Below are positions 35,532 through 48,633 of a stretch of DNA of 64,000 bases, piece by piece; within the stretch, counting starts at the first letter, position 1; every line of letters begins with the position of its first letter. This DNA comes from Marsupella aquatica. Lineage: Eukaryota; Plantae; Marchantiophyta. The notes under the pieces were generated by a model. That model did no database searches and was not told where the DNA came from. It saw nothing but the letters and a program-made list of their open reading frames with translations. Both the position numbers and the translations under genes were made by a program. The stretch is taken from contig OZ316892.1 of assembly GCA_973895155.1 (NCBI GenBank), positions 16,482,357 to 16,546,356 on the forward strand, written 5' to 3'.

Positions 35532-38500
35532 TGTCATGAGGTTTTCTTCCTAAGGGAGAAATCCTCATGTTTAGCTTGTGCAAAAGAAGAGAAAGAAAAA
35601 GATTAAAAACATGCAACCTTTGCATAATTTTGGATGGACAAGTAAATAAAGGTGATACAAGTGTAATGTAGAACCAATAAGGAGGTAGTTGGTAGGTCCT
35701 ACATGGTTGGATTCCATGTTTCTTCCTTTTTTTACTAAAGTTAAGTTTGACCAAAATGGGCTAATAATAGAAAAGTTTTTGCATTTCTTACTATTTTTAG
35801 TAACAAAAAATTGGAGCAAATTGGCAAGATTAGTTTGGCCAATGGGATCATCAACGGGAATTTAAGATCCAAAGGCAAAGAAGATAGAGCCACTCCATAT
35901 TTTTGCTTACTAGCTTAGTAATGGGTATTTATTTATCCACTAATTATGTACAAAGCTTATTCTTAGAACTTTTGGAGAAAATAGGATTACTTAGAGTAAT
36001 TTAACCACGGTTAAGTACTTAGCTAGGAAGGTGGCCAACTTGGGTTTGAAGTTCAAAGGAGAGGATCAAAGATGACTTGTTGGCTACCTCCTATTCACTT
36101 AGATCTACTCAAGTTAAAATGCTAGTTAAACCGATAAGGTGGCAGTTTTCGGTTTGCAAGCAAATGAAGGGGAGACAATTGTTAGGTGGCATGTGCAAGA
36201 GATAGGGCTCGAGCTTTGGAGTGCAAGACAAGCTTGGGCAGGTGAAGAGGAGGGTTGTGGCGTGGCACTAATGGCCATCTCTTCTTACTAAAGTTAAAAG
36301 AGTTGTTAAACCGGTAAGGTGGTAGTTTCCGGTTTGCAAGCAAATGAAGGGGAGACAAGTGTTGGTGTTGGCATGGCTAAGGGTGAAGCTCAAGCTTGAG
36401 TATGACAACTCAAGCTAGGAGACAAGGTCAAGCCTTGCCTTGGTGGTGGGCTACTATTTGTGGAGGTTAACCAGGTGGTTGAGTTCATAGAGGTGGCAAA
36501 AGCTAGTTGGACTGCAAGTTAGGCCTTGACAAGTGTTGGGGAGGCTTGGAGGGTGGTTGGAGCTCGAGTTCAGGTTGGATTGAGATTGGTCAATGGTTTT
36601 GATGTTGTCTGGTCCCTATTTGCTCAACATTCACTTGGATTTAGTGCCCGGTTTATGGTGGAGAGGTGGCGGGCAATTGTTGGACTGCTAGTGAATTACT
36701 GCCAAGTGCTTGGTTGGTGTGAAGTGGGCTGGAGGAGGAAGTTGCAAATTCCGATGGGGAAGCAGGTCAAGGGCTTAAGGGAGAGCTTGGAGGGAAGGTG
36801 GAGATCATTCTTCATTCTCACTTTCTCAGAGTTGAGAGCTTGGAGGTGGGGAAGAGAGATATTGTCATGATTGTGAGTAAAAGAGCCATAGCTCCTCTCT
36901 TCTAGGTGTCTAATGTTTGAAGGGCCTAGTTGAGAATTGGGAGGTAGTTTCTTTGATGGAAGAGGGACCTGGGGAAGTAGATGTGAAGGAATTGGGCTTA
37001 TGTGTGCTTGGAGGTGTGTTGTCTAACCTTGAGTGTAGCTGCCTTGGTAATTGACTTGTTCATTCACCTACCGGTGTGGATTTGTCTTGCCTTGGGGGTC
37101 TGTGTAGCTTGGAAGGGGCACCTTTATTGCAATCCTTACCCAATATCTAGAACATTGAAAGTAAGGTGGAAATTATTGGCTTCACTCTTGTGCGGAAGCG
37201 CTGGCCAATTTTCCACTCAGTTTGGGAGAAGGAAACATTGAAGGATGATAAGTAAGGAGTATGGAAGGGGAAGAGCTTTCTCCATGGTTGAGGCTTTGCT
37301 TGCTTGAGAGTTGAAGTTCTTGAAGTTGTTATGATGGTGTAGGACAAGAGTAGATAGGCTATTTTGAAGCCTTGTTTTTGATAGACTTGTTGGAGGGGTT
37401 GAGATGCAATCTTATACATACTACTTGGTGTTACTTGCTAGGAGGGTCTTGATGGAGACCTACTTTTGACTTAGAAAAACCTATAGTTATTGATTATTGA
37501 GGAGAAGTTGTCCTCAATTTTGTAAATGGATGAGTTACTTTGCTTTGCCTATGGATGAGGTGGATAATTTTGTGATGCTTGGTTGATTAGAAGTCTTGTT
37601 GCTTAGAGTTGTCTTGTTGGTAACCGTCTACTATCTCAAGCAGCCATACACCCAGCGTGTTTCTCAAGACCTTTCTCACCTTTTTGTTTATCCTCAGGAC
37701 AAGTTGGCGACCATACTGGGGAAATGTCTTGAGGCTTGAGATATGAATTTTGGGTTGCAAACTCTACTAACCACGTACTAATCTTGTGCTAACTTGGTTG
37801 TTCTTGTTGGCTACTACCTTGATGATACTAACATTACTAATACTAACCCTCAAGTGAGTAGCTTGGCCAGCAAAACAGTCAGAGTGCTTTGCACCCATAT
37901 GCTAGCTTGTGCCTAAGCTTAACTTGACGATGCTAACATTGGTATACTAACGTTGGTGCTAACATGGTTGGAGTTATGAAGCTAACCTTGATATTGTGTG
38001 ATTACTAACTTGTTTGTGTGTTGGCACTAACATAGTTGCTAACTTGGTTGTTGAGATGATGTTTTGGCACTAACATTTGTGCCAACTCGAATGATGTGTT
38101 GACAATTACTTGTTATCGAAAACTTGTTTTGTTAACCAAGTGTGAAAGGTTGTTTGATTATTGTTGATTGAGAATTATTTGGGACATAATCATTTCGTAT
38201 TTTTGTGAGGTTTGGTCAGTCCAACAAAAGTGGTAGAGAGGCTATAGGGAGAGGACTCAGCCCGTGAGTTGTTAGGTCTTCCATAACCCGTATCACTTAG
38301 AGAGACTTGGCTTGTTCACAATGCCAGATGATGATGGCCTTCTTGGTACTTCTATTAATATGAGGAATGTTCAAGAGCTTTCTGAACTTTTCATGGCTAT
38401 CCAAATGGCCATGAAAAGGGACACTAGAAGAATCCGAGGTGAACTGAGACCGCAATATGTGACTCATTTTGGCTCATGTGACTTAATTGTGACTCAACGT

Positions 38501-41500
38501 GACTTGACCCATGCTGTGACCCTTGGAGTTGCAAAAGTTGAAACCAAAAAATGGAAGTCACTATTGATACTGGGCTTTGTGACTTGCTTGATACCCATTT
38601 GTGACTGATTTGTGACTTTATTGTGGAGTCTAGCCTTGTTTCTACGTGACTGCAATATGACTTTGACGAGTCACCTGGTAAGTCACACACATGACTTACC
38701 CACATTCAACAACGACTAGCGTGTGACCATTTAGTGTCACAGGAGAGACCAATGGAGACCCTAGCCCGGGTCACACAATAGAACCATTTAGGACTCTATA
38801 TACTCATGTTTATAACTAATAAGGTTCACATGCAAGTTATAACCATGACTAATGAACACAGAGGGACAGTTCATAAGGAACCAGCAGGCCCAAGGCAAAA
38901 GGGCCACAAGGCCAAAAAGGACAACAACAGATGCTGAGGAGAGGGCTACCTTAAAGAAGGAGTTGGAGGAAGCCCACAGAGAGTTGGAGGAAGCCCAAAA
39001 GGAGCTGGAGGAGGCGCGCAAGGACCTGGACAAATTGCAGGAGGAGTTGGAGGAAAGCACGCGGAAGATGGAGAACTTACAACGACGAGCCGACAACCAA
39101 ACAAAGCGGCTAAAGAAACAGGCCGCAATATTTAAGTGCTTGGCTTCCTCAAGTCCAACTCCAATAGGGGCAATCAAGGAAAGTTGCTTCTCTCATCCTC
39201 TCACTATCAGACATCAAGAAACGATGTTTCATCCTCTTAACAAAACCAGTCCACTCATCCTCCTCCTCAAGACCTACAGCTAGGTTTGCAACTGTGTTTT
39301 TCAGTTCTGGCTCAACAAGGGTAGAAAATTCTAACACAGCTGTTGCCTGGTCAATCTTGAAGACCTCAACTTGCTTCCAATAAGCCCTCAAGTACCTAGT
39401 CACATCCTTACCCAAAAACTCTCCTTCTTTTGAAAGGACAGCCTGAAGACACTTGGTAACTCTATCCTCAAGGATCTTGTCACTTTTTTCTTTTCTTCCA
39501 AAATCTTCTTGATCACTCTCTTCCCACTAGAAGAAAACGTCCCCTTTTGAGACCCTATGCTTTGTGACTTTAGGGAGACTTTCAAAAATACATGACTCCA
39601 AGTTTAGGGGAGTCATTGTTGTTACATTTTATCAACTGATTTTTGGGGGATATTTGTGAAAGTCATTCCTACAACTTCTGATAAAGTAGCAATTGTAACA
39701 CTAGTAGGGCAGTCATATGTAAGTTGAATAAGCTACTCTTCATTATGGCATTCTGAAATAGAGTGCAAGAAGGGGTACATGCACTCTAGATATCACGGAA
39801 TGTTCCATTTACAACCCTTGACTTGCAACTTGCGGAGTCAGGAGCACTAGGTTCACATAGAAGGAATGGGGGTGGGTGGGTTGCAGAACTAGTTAAATGT
39901 CTTCGTGACAAGAGCATTGTAGTTATCCTAGCCTAATTAAACGTGCATGGTAGTACTTGCCTCTATAATAGTAAGTCTTATGCTGCTCAATGGATTCCTT
40001 AGAGTTCATGGGCAACTTTGACAAGAATATTAATTGGGGTGACATCATTTCCAATTCAGGGCTAAAGTAGTGTCTGGCCCCATTCTTTGTCCACCCTCCC
40101 TAAGTGGCATGTGTAAAGGTTAATTTACAGTTGCGTTCTAAGGGGTTACAGTTGTGTTCATTTAATCTTTGCTCACAAGTATCGTGTCCAATTTGCTTTA
40201 GGGTACTAACATGTGTATCAACGGCTCATGTCAACGCAAAGTGGTCAAGGCTCATTGGGTTTGGTTCACTAAGTGTTAAGGTATGCTTTGTGCGTGAGTG
40301 TGCCTTTGGACACGAGTTTAGGGTGCGCGGGTTTTGTTTAGGGTTTAAACACGCCAACAGAGTGCAAAGTTCAGTTCAATGTGCGTGGGAACTCGGAGGT
40401 TTTTGTTTCTGAAAAACTTGCTTGTCCATTACGGGGACATTCGTCGTGCCTGAAGGTCGGCACATTGTGCGCGGTCTCACGAAGTGGGGAGTGTGCTTTG
40501 CGATTGGGGCAGTTCCTTCGCGTAGGGAAGTTTTGCGCTTGGAGCTTGAAGGTCTAGAGCATTCAAGCTGAGAGGGCGACCGGCTTGCGGAGTGGAGAGG
40601 TGAGCTGTAGTGGGCGACGAGCTCTAGGACTGGGAGGAGCTGTGGGCGGGCAGGAGCTGCAATTTGGGAGCTGCTCTGGCCGCCGGTCTGGCCAAGGAGC
40701 TACGAGCGGAGAGGAGTTGGAGTGGAGTTGGAGTGGAGTACAGCTTCTGTCACACACTGCTGAGGATTGCTACGTAGCTTCAGTTTGGGCGGCGGTGCAA
40801 GCGGAGGTGCTGAGAGCGGAGGTGCTGAGAGCGGAGGTGAGGAGCGGAGGTGCTGAGAGCGGAGGTGCAAGTGGAGGTGCTGAGGGCGGAGGTGCGAGCG
40901 GATGTGCTAAGAGAGGAGGTGGTAAGAGAGGTGCTATTGGATCACTGAGAATGCCGCAACCTCTCTATCTTATTCCTACTATCTGGCGGTTGCAGTTGGA
41001 AGGAGGGTCGAGTGGCAAACATTTTGTTAGTTGAGGACTCAGCTGTGGGTTTGTCATTTTCTGGAGCTCAATCGCCTGTTGCTAAGACTATTGTTGCTAC
41101 AATTGCGAGTTGCTCAATCATGAGCTACCTAGCTCCATTATGAGTTGCCTCCCTATTCTCCTTATTGTCCCTGTCTCCCCCTTGCTTGCAGTTACTATCG
41201 CCGAGAAGAATGTGTTTGGCCAAGATGCTAGATTGCGACTTGTCTTCTTGCTTCTAGCTCGTGTATATGCTGGCATCCGTGGGGGTTCCTTGAGTTTGAG
41301 TCTGCAGAGGAAGAGTCTGTCATAGTCTAATTAAATGTGGGCCATATTACTCTGGTCAATGATTGAGTTCCCTAGAAATAGAAGCTCTCTGATTATAGAG
41401 GTGCGATTTGGTCAGAATTTTTTCCCCTCTCATTGTTTCCACTGATCCCAACTCACTTTCATCACCTCAATTCTGAACAATGAGTGTAGTCTCAGGCTCC

Positions 41501-43395
41501 ATACTGCCTATACTGAATGGTCTAGCTGCGATGTCCACCTCGGCTGAAGTGAGCTCTGACTTGGAGCCTTAACATTTGTGTTCTGTGGGGCTAAGTAGAG
41601 TTGGTTCCATCCAGAAGCTGCTCTACTGAAGTGATCGAGCTCCGGCTTGGAGGTGGATCTTCACTTTTTTGTGGATCTGAGTGACTTCTGTCTAGCTGGG
41701 CTAGGTTTCATATGTTCAGTACTACACATATGTACCTTGCTTAGTTCCTGACATTGTAGTTGGTGATGTGATGCAGCGTCCTACCAATTTTGTTTTGCCT
41801 TCAAAGCCTGTGCATGCACCATACCAGCAGGGGGGGCTGACCTCTGATCAAGGTTGGCGAGGTGGTAGTAGTGGTAGATCCCAGGCTGGTGCCCAATACT
41901 ATGGCAGGGGGCAAGCTCCCGGTTATGCCCGTGGTAGAGGCAGAGCAGGTCCAAACCCACAGTCTTGTGGGTATGGACGTCCACCTCAACCATGGGGATG
42001 TGAGTGTATATCTATATGCCAGTACTTTGTGAAGGCATGGCACTCCTGAATTTCAGACTGCATATCAATTTTTGACATTGTTTGGGATGTATTGGATTCA
42101 AACAACATGAAATTCTGTCCACCTACCATTGCATGCAGATTCTGCCCAACCTGATTGGGCAAATGTTGGTAATGATCAGTTCCAATGTCCACAAGGACAA
42201 ACATGGGTTGAACCAGGTTGGGAGGATGGTGGTGGGTCGTGGAATGAACAAGGTTGGGAAGGTGGTGAAGGTAATTGGCAGGGATATCAAAATACAGTAC
42301 CTACAAACGCTGGAAGAGGGGCAGGTAATGTCTGATCTTGTCAGCAATGGAAGAACTCATTATATCTGGAGTCCATTCATGTGGGGGGGATTCTACACAT
42401 GTATAATGAATGAAAATGTATGTGTGCAGGTTGGACAGTGGAACCATCAACTCAAATATTCACTAATGCCCCTATGCAGATGCAACACGGAAGGGGGCCA
42501 GGTATGTCGGTGAATGTTCAGTTGTTTTCCTACAGTTTGTACTTAGTTTTCAGTATATATGTTTGCACACACATACCTAGAAAGTGACATCATCCGGCCC
42601 CTGTACTAGACTGGACAGGTGGTCCAGGGTCGCAACAATTCCAGAGTGCAGTCCCTGCACAGGCATCTACAGGCAGAGCTACAAGTATGTATGTTTGAAG
42701 AATTTTTCTTGAAGTGAAGCATTGAATGTTGCCGTCATCCATTCTGCTGTATGTAGTTCTCAAGCATGAATGGCATTGTATTTTCCCAGGTGGCTTCAGA
42801 ACCCCAGGTAGGGTGAATGAAGGGGTGGCCAATACAACGCCCAGTACTACCGAGAGTAGTGCACAAGGGGAGGTGACACTCTTGTGCGGAAGCGCTGGCC
42901 AATTTTCCACTCAGTTTGGGAGAAGGAAATATTGAAGGATGATAAATAAGGAGTATGGAAGGGGAAGAGCTTTCTCCATGGTTGAGGCTTTGCTTGCTTG
43001 AGAGTTGAAGTTCTTGAAGTTGTTATGATGGTGTAGGACAAGAGTAGATAGGCTATTTTGAAGCCTTGTTTTTGATAGACTTGTTGGAGGGGTTGAGATG
43101 CAATCTTATACATACTACTTGGTGTTACTTGCTAGGAGGGTCTTGATGGAGACCTACTTTTGACTTAGAAAAACCTATAGTTATTGATTATTGAGGAGAA
43201 GTTGTCCTCAATTTTGTAAATGGATGAGTTACTTTGCTTTGCCTATGGATGAGGTGGATAATTTTATGATGCTTGGTTGATTAGAAGTCTTGTTGCTTAG
43301 AGTTGTCTTGTTGGTAACTGTCTACTATCTCAAGCAGCCATACACCCAGCGTGTTTCTCAAGACCTTTCCCACCTTTTTGCTTATCTTTAGGACA
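35532..43395 (+). mobile_element. Rearranged LTR retrotransposon, family B (gypsy-like), nested in LTR family A
   Basis: 5' LTR at 35532-37701 (TGTCATGAGG...CCTCAGGACA). PBS TGGCGACCATACTGGGGA at 37705-37722 (tRNA-Arg-like). A partial 3' LTR at 42877-43395 repeats 37183-37701. 4-bp TSD CCGT (35528-35531 and 43396-43399). The empty site is seen at ~61485-61495. Confidence 0.82.
38877..42878 (-). repeat. Right arm of the ~4.0-kb inverted duplication
   Basis: Reverse complement of 29640-33643, with a handful of substitutions and a net 2-bp length difference. Confidence 0.95.
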
Positions 43396-44570
43396 CCGTC
43401 GGCAAGCCAAACACTTCGGCAATCACTCGGGGAGTGAGATAGAATTCTTTCCCATACACCCTTGTGGAATTGGTCTTGGGCTCCCAAGATCCCACGAATT
43501 CTAATAAGTGTGAATCCGGCACCTCCGGCTTCAGCCATGGTAACTTTACGAAGGCTTCCAAGCCGGATCAGGCCATGAAGCCCTAGTACTTCCGAGTCTG
43601 CATAGCCATAAAGCATGCATCCTCTTTGCATGCAAAGTGTAATTGCACTTTCTCGGGGAGGGTCGCCGACCAGCCTTTCCAGGTGTCATCCCTTGTTGGA
43701 ACAACATTGATGGGGTCGACCTCCTCTTTTTTGGCTTCTTCCTGCCTCTTGCTCCCTTGCTCGACTGGCTTCCTTGGTGCCGTCGACCTCGTTCTCTTCG
43801 CAGGGGTGGTCTCTTCATTGATGTTCCCTTTCCTCTTCATAGCGGCTGCCATGGATGTTTCTCCTAGCACGGTTGCCTTCGTCCACCCCTCTGTGCTACC
43901 CTTCAACTCCCAGTGTATGTCATTGCAACGGTTGATGGCCTCCCGGATGCCGACTATTCTGTTCTCACAAAACAGAAGATCGTCAAGTTTGTCGGCAGTA
44001 GGCGTCCACAAGAATTCAGCCGTAATGAGTTCTCCTCCTAAGAAGGCAAACTTCTGCAGCTCCCATAGTTGAGCGAGCTCCTGCCGTTCTTGAGCGGCTC
44101 TCTCCGATTCTTCATCCTTGTAGGTCCTAATGTACTCAGTTTCCCGTTCTAATAGGCATCCCCATAAATGAGCAGCTTGATTGACGTTGCTCATACCCTT
44201 CTTGCATTGATTGCCGGTATCTGCTTCCACCCCGAGTGCTTGCCTGAGCAGCGGACAGTAGTTGGCCTCCCGTAGTCGTCTGCTTAGTTCGCACTTGCAA
44301 ATGAGCCGCCATTCCTTGCGATCGATCCTTACCCCTCCCTGACTGGTCTTCCTTCCCGTTAGTTACCTATAGCCGCCTGCACTTAGCGCGCCCTAACCCT
44401 AATCGTGTTCCCTCCCCTGGCGTTTTTACTTCCGGCCTCGGCTCGGGTTCCATAGCCACCCTTAATTGTTTATATTTTCCATATTTTTGCTACTACACTA
44501 ATGTGTTTCCAGGGTTTACTCCTTATTTTATCATTTAAACTGGCCTAGTGATTCCTGGCTAGGCATCACA
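43396..44570. mobile_element. Right fragment of LTR family A
   Basis: Colinear with ~61488-62661 and ends ...GGCTAGGCATCACA. Confidence 0.88.
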
Positions 44571-46632
44571 GGGACTCTTTAAGGAACGCGTCATCATTTC
44601 TTGGAGCCTACAGAATTTCAAGGGAAATCGATGTATGGTGGAGATCAGGGAATTGTGTTCCAGGAAATCTTTGGATGCTCCAAGGTTGGCTTGCGTGGTG
44701 GGTGGTCCGATGGCGTCAATGGGGAAATTTCATTCGTTTGGTGAGTTTCTACATCCATAAACAAGTAAACACTCAAAATCAACATTTTAAAAGAAGTAAT
44801 CAAACAAAGTCATACTAGCGCTTGGCGCTATCATTATTCCCAGTCACTTTTGTGTCCTAGGTTCACTCCAATATTTGCCAAGTTTTGATATTAGCGCCCA
44901 ATGCTAGTTTCCATTAACCACTTGTTACTCATATTTGTCCACATTCTAGTGTGAATGGTGGTAGCGCCAGGCCTTGGCATTGATTGCATGTGCTATAGCT
45001 TATTTGGATTGGGAATATGAAAACCTTACAAAAATGATTTGGTTCAAACATTTCTTTATTGAATGCAATGACTAAGTCATATTTCCTAAATTGTGCTCCA
45101 AATGTTTGATGCAGAACAAAAGCGTAGAGGAAAGCGCTGTGATTCCTAACTGTACTACTTTAGAGGCGGCACATTCCATAATGAAGGCTTGGCAAACTAA
45201 GAAAAAGGCTGGTCTATTTGAAGCATGTCAGATGGATCAAAGTAGGGCTCTCTCACAAGTTGCGGCATATACGGCGTATAAGAGAGGTCTTAACCAAGGA
45301 ACCGGACCTACAATTTGGGAATTGGCATTCCGTTCGGCAGACCAGGTAGGTTCTTCAAAGAATTTCCAAGATGCTTCCAATATGCTTCTTTCCGGTGCGG
45401 CTGAATTTGACCTGGAAAGGAGTGGCCCTCTCAATGGGGATGTTACCACAAAGTCTATGAAGAGAAAAGGTCAAGCCTCTGGGAACAGCTCGGCACAAGA
45501 CTCCCATCGGCATGACACTATTCTTGTAACATCACCACATACTTGAGGCATGAAAAGGAAAAACTTAAACAAGACTGAATTCTCCCCGGTTGCATCGGGT
45601 CCTGTTCACCATGACATTGGCGTTGTGGACCTGTCGGAAAGTGAAATTGAAGAACGCAGTCATTGGAGTACTCTGCCCTGGAGGAGGTCGACAAGGTCGT
45701 TTGCAGCCCCACAAAGTGCACCTCCCAACCTCCAAAAGGTTGTCCATGACTCAATTGTGTTGGAGACAGATGTGCGACCAGGGGCGTGGCACCTACGAAG
45801 AGTGATGAAACATGGTGCAGGGCCTCAGTGTAATGGATCTCTTGGTGGACAATCGGATTGAGATGACTGTTGCAATTGTCTGGAAAAGGTTGGTTTCCCG
45901 TCAACGGATGGTGTAGTTGGCATTGTTGTCAAAGGATATCGCGTGTTCAGGGGAGAACCACACCCTAAGATGATTTGGTTTTGTCCCAACAGTGCATGCT
46001 ATAAGAGCCGGCCCCGTCGTAATGTGGTGAATCTTCCCCCATTTCCTCATAGCCTACCCGTTTTGAAAGGAACTAATCTTTCTGAAGCTGAGGTCCAATT
46101 CCTGACTCAGCAAGGGATTGCGATCAATCCAGAGGCCGGACGTTAGGCTGCTCCATCTCCATTTGACTTGCGAATCAATGTGAACCTTTTCCCGGAGAAA
46201 ATCGATCTCCTTGAGCCAAATATTCGCCTTCGGAGCAGGAATGGTAAAAATACAATCCCACGTTCAAATCTTTCGCAAGGGCACAACAAAAGAATTGAAT
46301 CCACAAACAAGGAGTCGATGACCCTCATTCAACATTTTGATGTTTCTGTCGGGAACTCTTGGGGCAAACAATTTCAGATCCAAACCCAAGAGAGACTTCG
46401 TACGACAAACACTTATTGGGTACAGATTTGCATTTTCCCATGTTGTTCTTGTGAGGACTTCTATCATCGCCATTCTCATGGTAGGCCCTTCATGCCTTGC
46501 AAGCATCTCTATTGGGTGTATACCAACGTCCTCAAACTAGATGTGGTGGATTCAACTTTGGCTAGTCAGCCAATTTTGACTGTAGGTGAGGTGAGGCTCA
46601 TTCTAGCTAGGCAAAATTCTCTGGACTTATAG
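44571..46632 (+). pseudogene. 3' part of a Mutator-like DDE transposase with a C-terminal SWIM zinc finger
   Basis: An exon ends at donor GTGAGT (44740) and the intron runs to CAG 45114. It continues PNCTTLEAAHSIMKAW...D..RAL.Q...Y..Y..G...GTGP, where the N.xE..H pattern is the putative catalytic Glu. SWIM finger: YWVQICIFPCCSCEDF...FMPCKHLYWV (CxC...CxH). Confidence 0.65.
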
Positions 46633-47449
46633 ACTAGAGATTTAGTAACGTTCAACGGCTCCAAATTGATTTGTCGCATTGGAACTTTTCATATCTTTTC
46701 AATGATACCAAATCAGATAATCATTTTCAGTACACATTTGTTATTACATATGGCTAGCGTCGGGCGCTAGCTTTGATCAGTTTGTCCCATTTTGAGTGAA
46801 TCTGTTTGATTATGGTCCGAATGCTTTCCAGTACTTATCTTTGCGAACGGAATTTCTGTTTCTGAACTTTCCTATATTTGAGTTCTTCTCGTGGGATATA
46901 AATCTACCCCTTCCAGTTCACACTTCATTATGAATTTACAAACACCGTTCAATCGATTTGGTCTCATCTCAAACTCTTTGTTTTTTGTCAGCACCTAGCG
47001 CTATTACATAGTACTGTTCTGATTCCGATGATATTTTTAAGATTGTTATTTTTTTGAGTGTGCCTTGCCTCAGTAGCCTGTGTATGGTGGGACCCAGTCT
47101 ATGGTTTACGCATATATGGTGGAGAAGTAATTCAGTTACAGAGACAGCATGTGAATTTTGTTGTTGCAAGGAACCCGATCAAGTCTCACCTTTCCATAAA
47201 AAATGGGCAGAAAACTTCATATATTTACTAGTACCAGTTCCTGCTTTCCTATTTCCTGTCTCGGTGGTGATGCCCTACCTAAGGGTTCTTACCCTAGCTT
47301 CCATTTTGTAACTTTTGTAACTTTTGTACTTTTTCAATAATGCCATTTTAATTGCGGCAGACTGGGTCAACATCACTTTCCTCCCTCCTTCAAAACCCAT
47401 GAATGGTCTCCCTCACCCTCACCCTAACCCAAATACACCAAAACCTATG

Positions 47450-48018
47450 AAAAATACATTTTGCAAAGCTTTTGAGAACCAATTCCGATCTCAAAGATCC
47501 ACGAAAAAGGGATCGCAACCATTCCAACAACAAAACCATCGCAGCGCTTGCAATGTTATCACAATCGCAACACTAGAGAACACTAACTCTTTGCAAGTTT
47601 GCGAGTTAAGTCACTTTGCAACCAAGCGGTCATTTGATTGTCGCAATCTTGCGATGTAGTTTGCATCGCAAGACAGAAACATTTAACATCGGAAACTGTG
47701 ATACGGGTGTTATTGTAACACTAGCAATACAATTATTTTTGCAAAATAATGAAATGCATCGTTTCTCAATATTTTCCAGGAAAATGTAGTCGCAATGTTG
47801 CAGAGATGTTGCGATGTATTTAGAATCGCAAGTTGCAAAGTAGTTGCAAAGGGCCGTTTGCGAAGGGTTTAGGATGGGAAGTAGCAAAAACGTTTTGATG
47901 CGAGGTAGTTTGCAAAGTGGGTATTTTGGATTTTGTTTCCTTTGTATGATGCAAAGGATGACATTTCGCAAAAGAGGGGCATAGTGTTGCAGTGTTTTCC
48001 TTCTCCTTACCAGTAGTG
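47450..48018 (+). mobile_element. Probable CACTA right terminus with subterminal repeats
   Basis: Dense direct and inverted T(T/C)GCAA / TTGCGA motifs end in ...CCAGTAGTG (CACTA on the minus strand). Confidence 0.5.
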
Positions 48019-48633
48019 TAATACGTCTTTTGGGCTAGTTAGCCTATCCTTTGACATGAAAGGATTGCACCCCCTAGGCTCCCACTCCCAATAAAATATA
48101 TGTACCCCCTGTGAACAGACTCCCCCTTAGTACCCCTTGTTATTATTTTTTGATCAATACTTTAGATCCTTTAGACTATTATAAAATGTTAATTTGAAGG
48201 ATTATAATTATGCTTATTTAGTTACATGTTTCTTCAAATCAAAGAAAAAATTCACATGTCACATCAAAAAAAATGCTTGCATCCCAATGTGCCACATTTT
48301 ATGAATCATACTCTTTGAGAAGGAAGAATATCTATCAATATACACATATTTTGCAATATGCATTCATGACAAGAAGAAGAACATCTTCTATATATGCCTA
48401 TTTGGCAACACTGTATCAAGTATGTGTTGACAACTGGCCCACTAATATGATGACATGTGTCACTACCTATTAGAGCCCCCCTTCCAAAAATCTAATCTTG
48501 ACCAAATATTCAATACACTAGATTACTTATGTGTCATGTTTACCATAAAAATGCGATTTGCGTAGTTATAACTGATTTCTAAAAATTACCTCAAAATGAA
48601 TAAAAATGACCTTGTTTTCACATCCGACCCGTA

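Noticed and set aside
29640-42878. Giant TIRs of a single transposon (Polinton/Foldback-like)
   Set aside because: The arms start and end inside unrelated elements, there is no TSD, and the spacer has no transposase or polymerase.
20258-46910. A single intact copy 2 with a target-site duplication
   Set aside because: The flanks TGTATGCCA and TTCCAGTTC do not match. The two ends may come from different copies, or the right end may be misplaced.
15688-48018. One giant CACTA element from CACTAGTAGAAA (15688) to ...CAGTAGTG (48018) with a TAA TSD
   Set aside because: TAA flanks both ends, but the TIRs agree poorly beyond CACTA and a 3-bp match is weak evidence. The end at 32821 matches 15688 over 9 bp but its flanks differ (TAA versus TTA). 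The pairing is unresolved.
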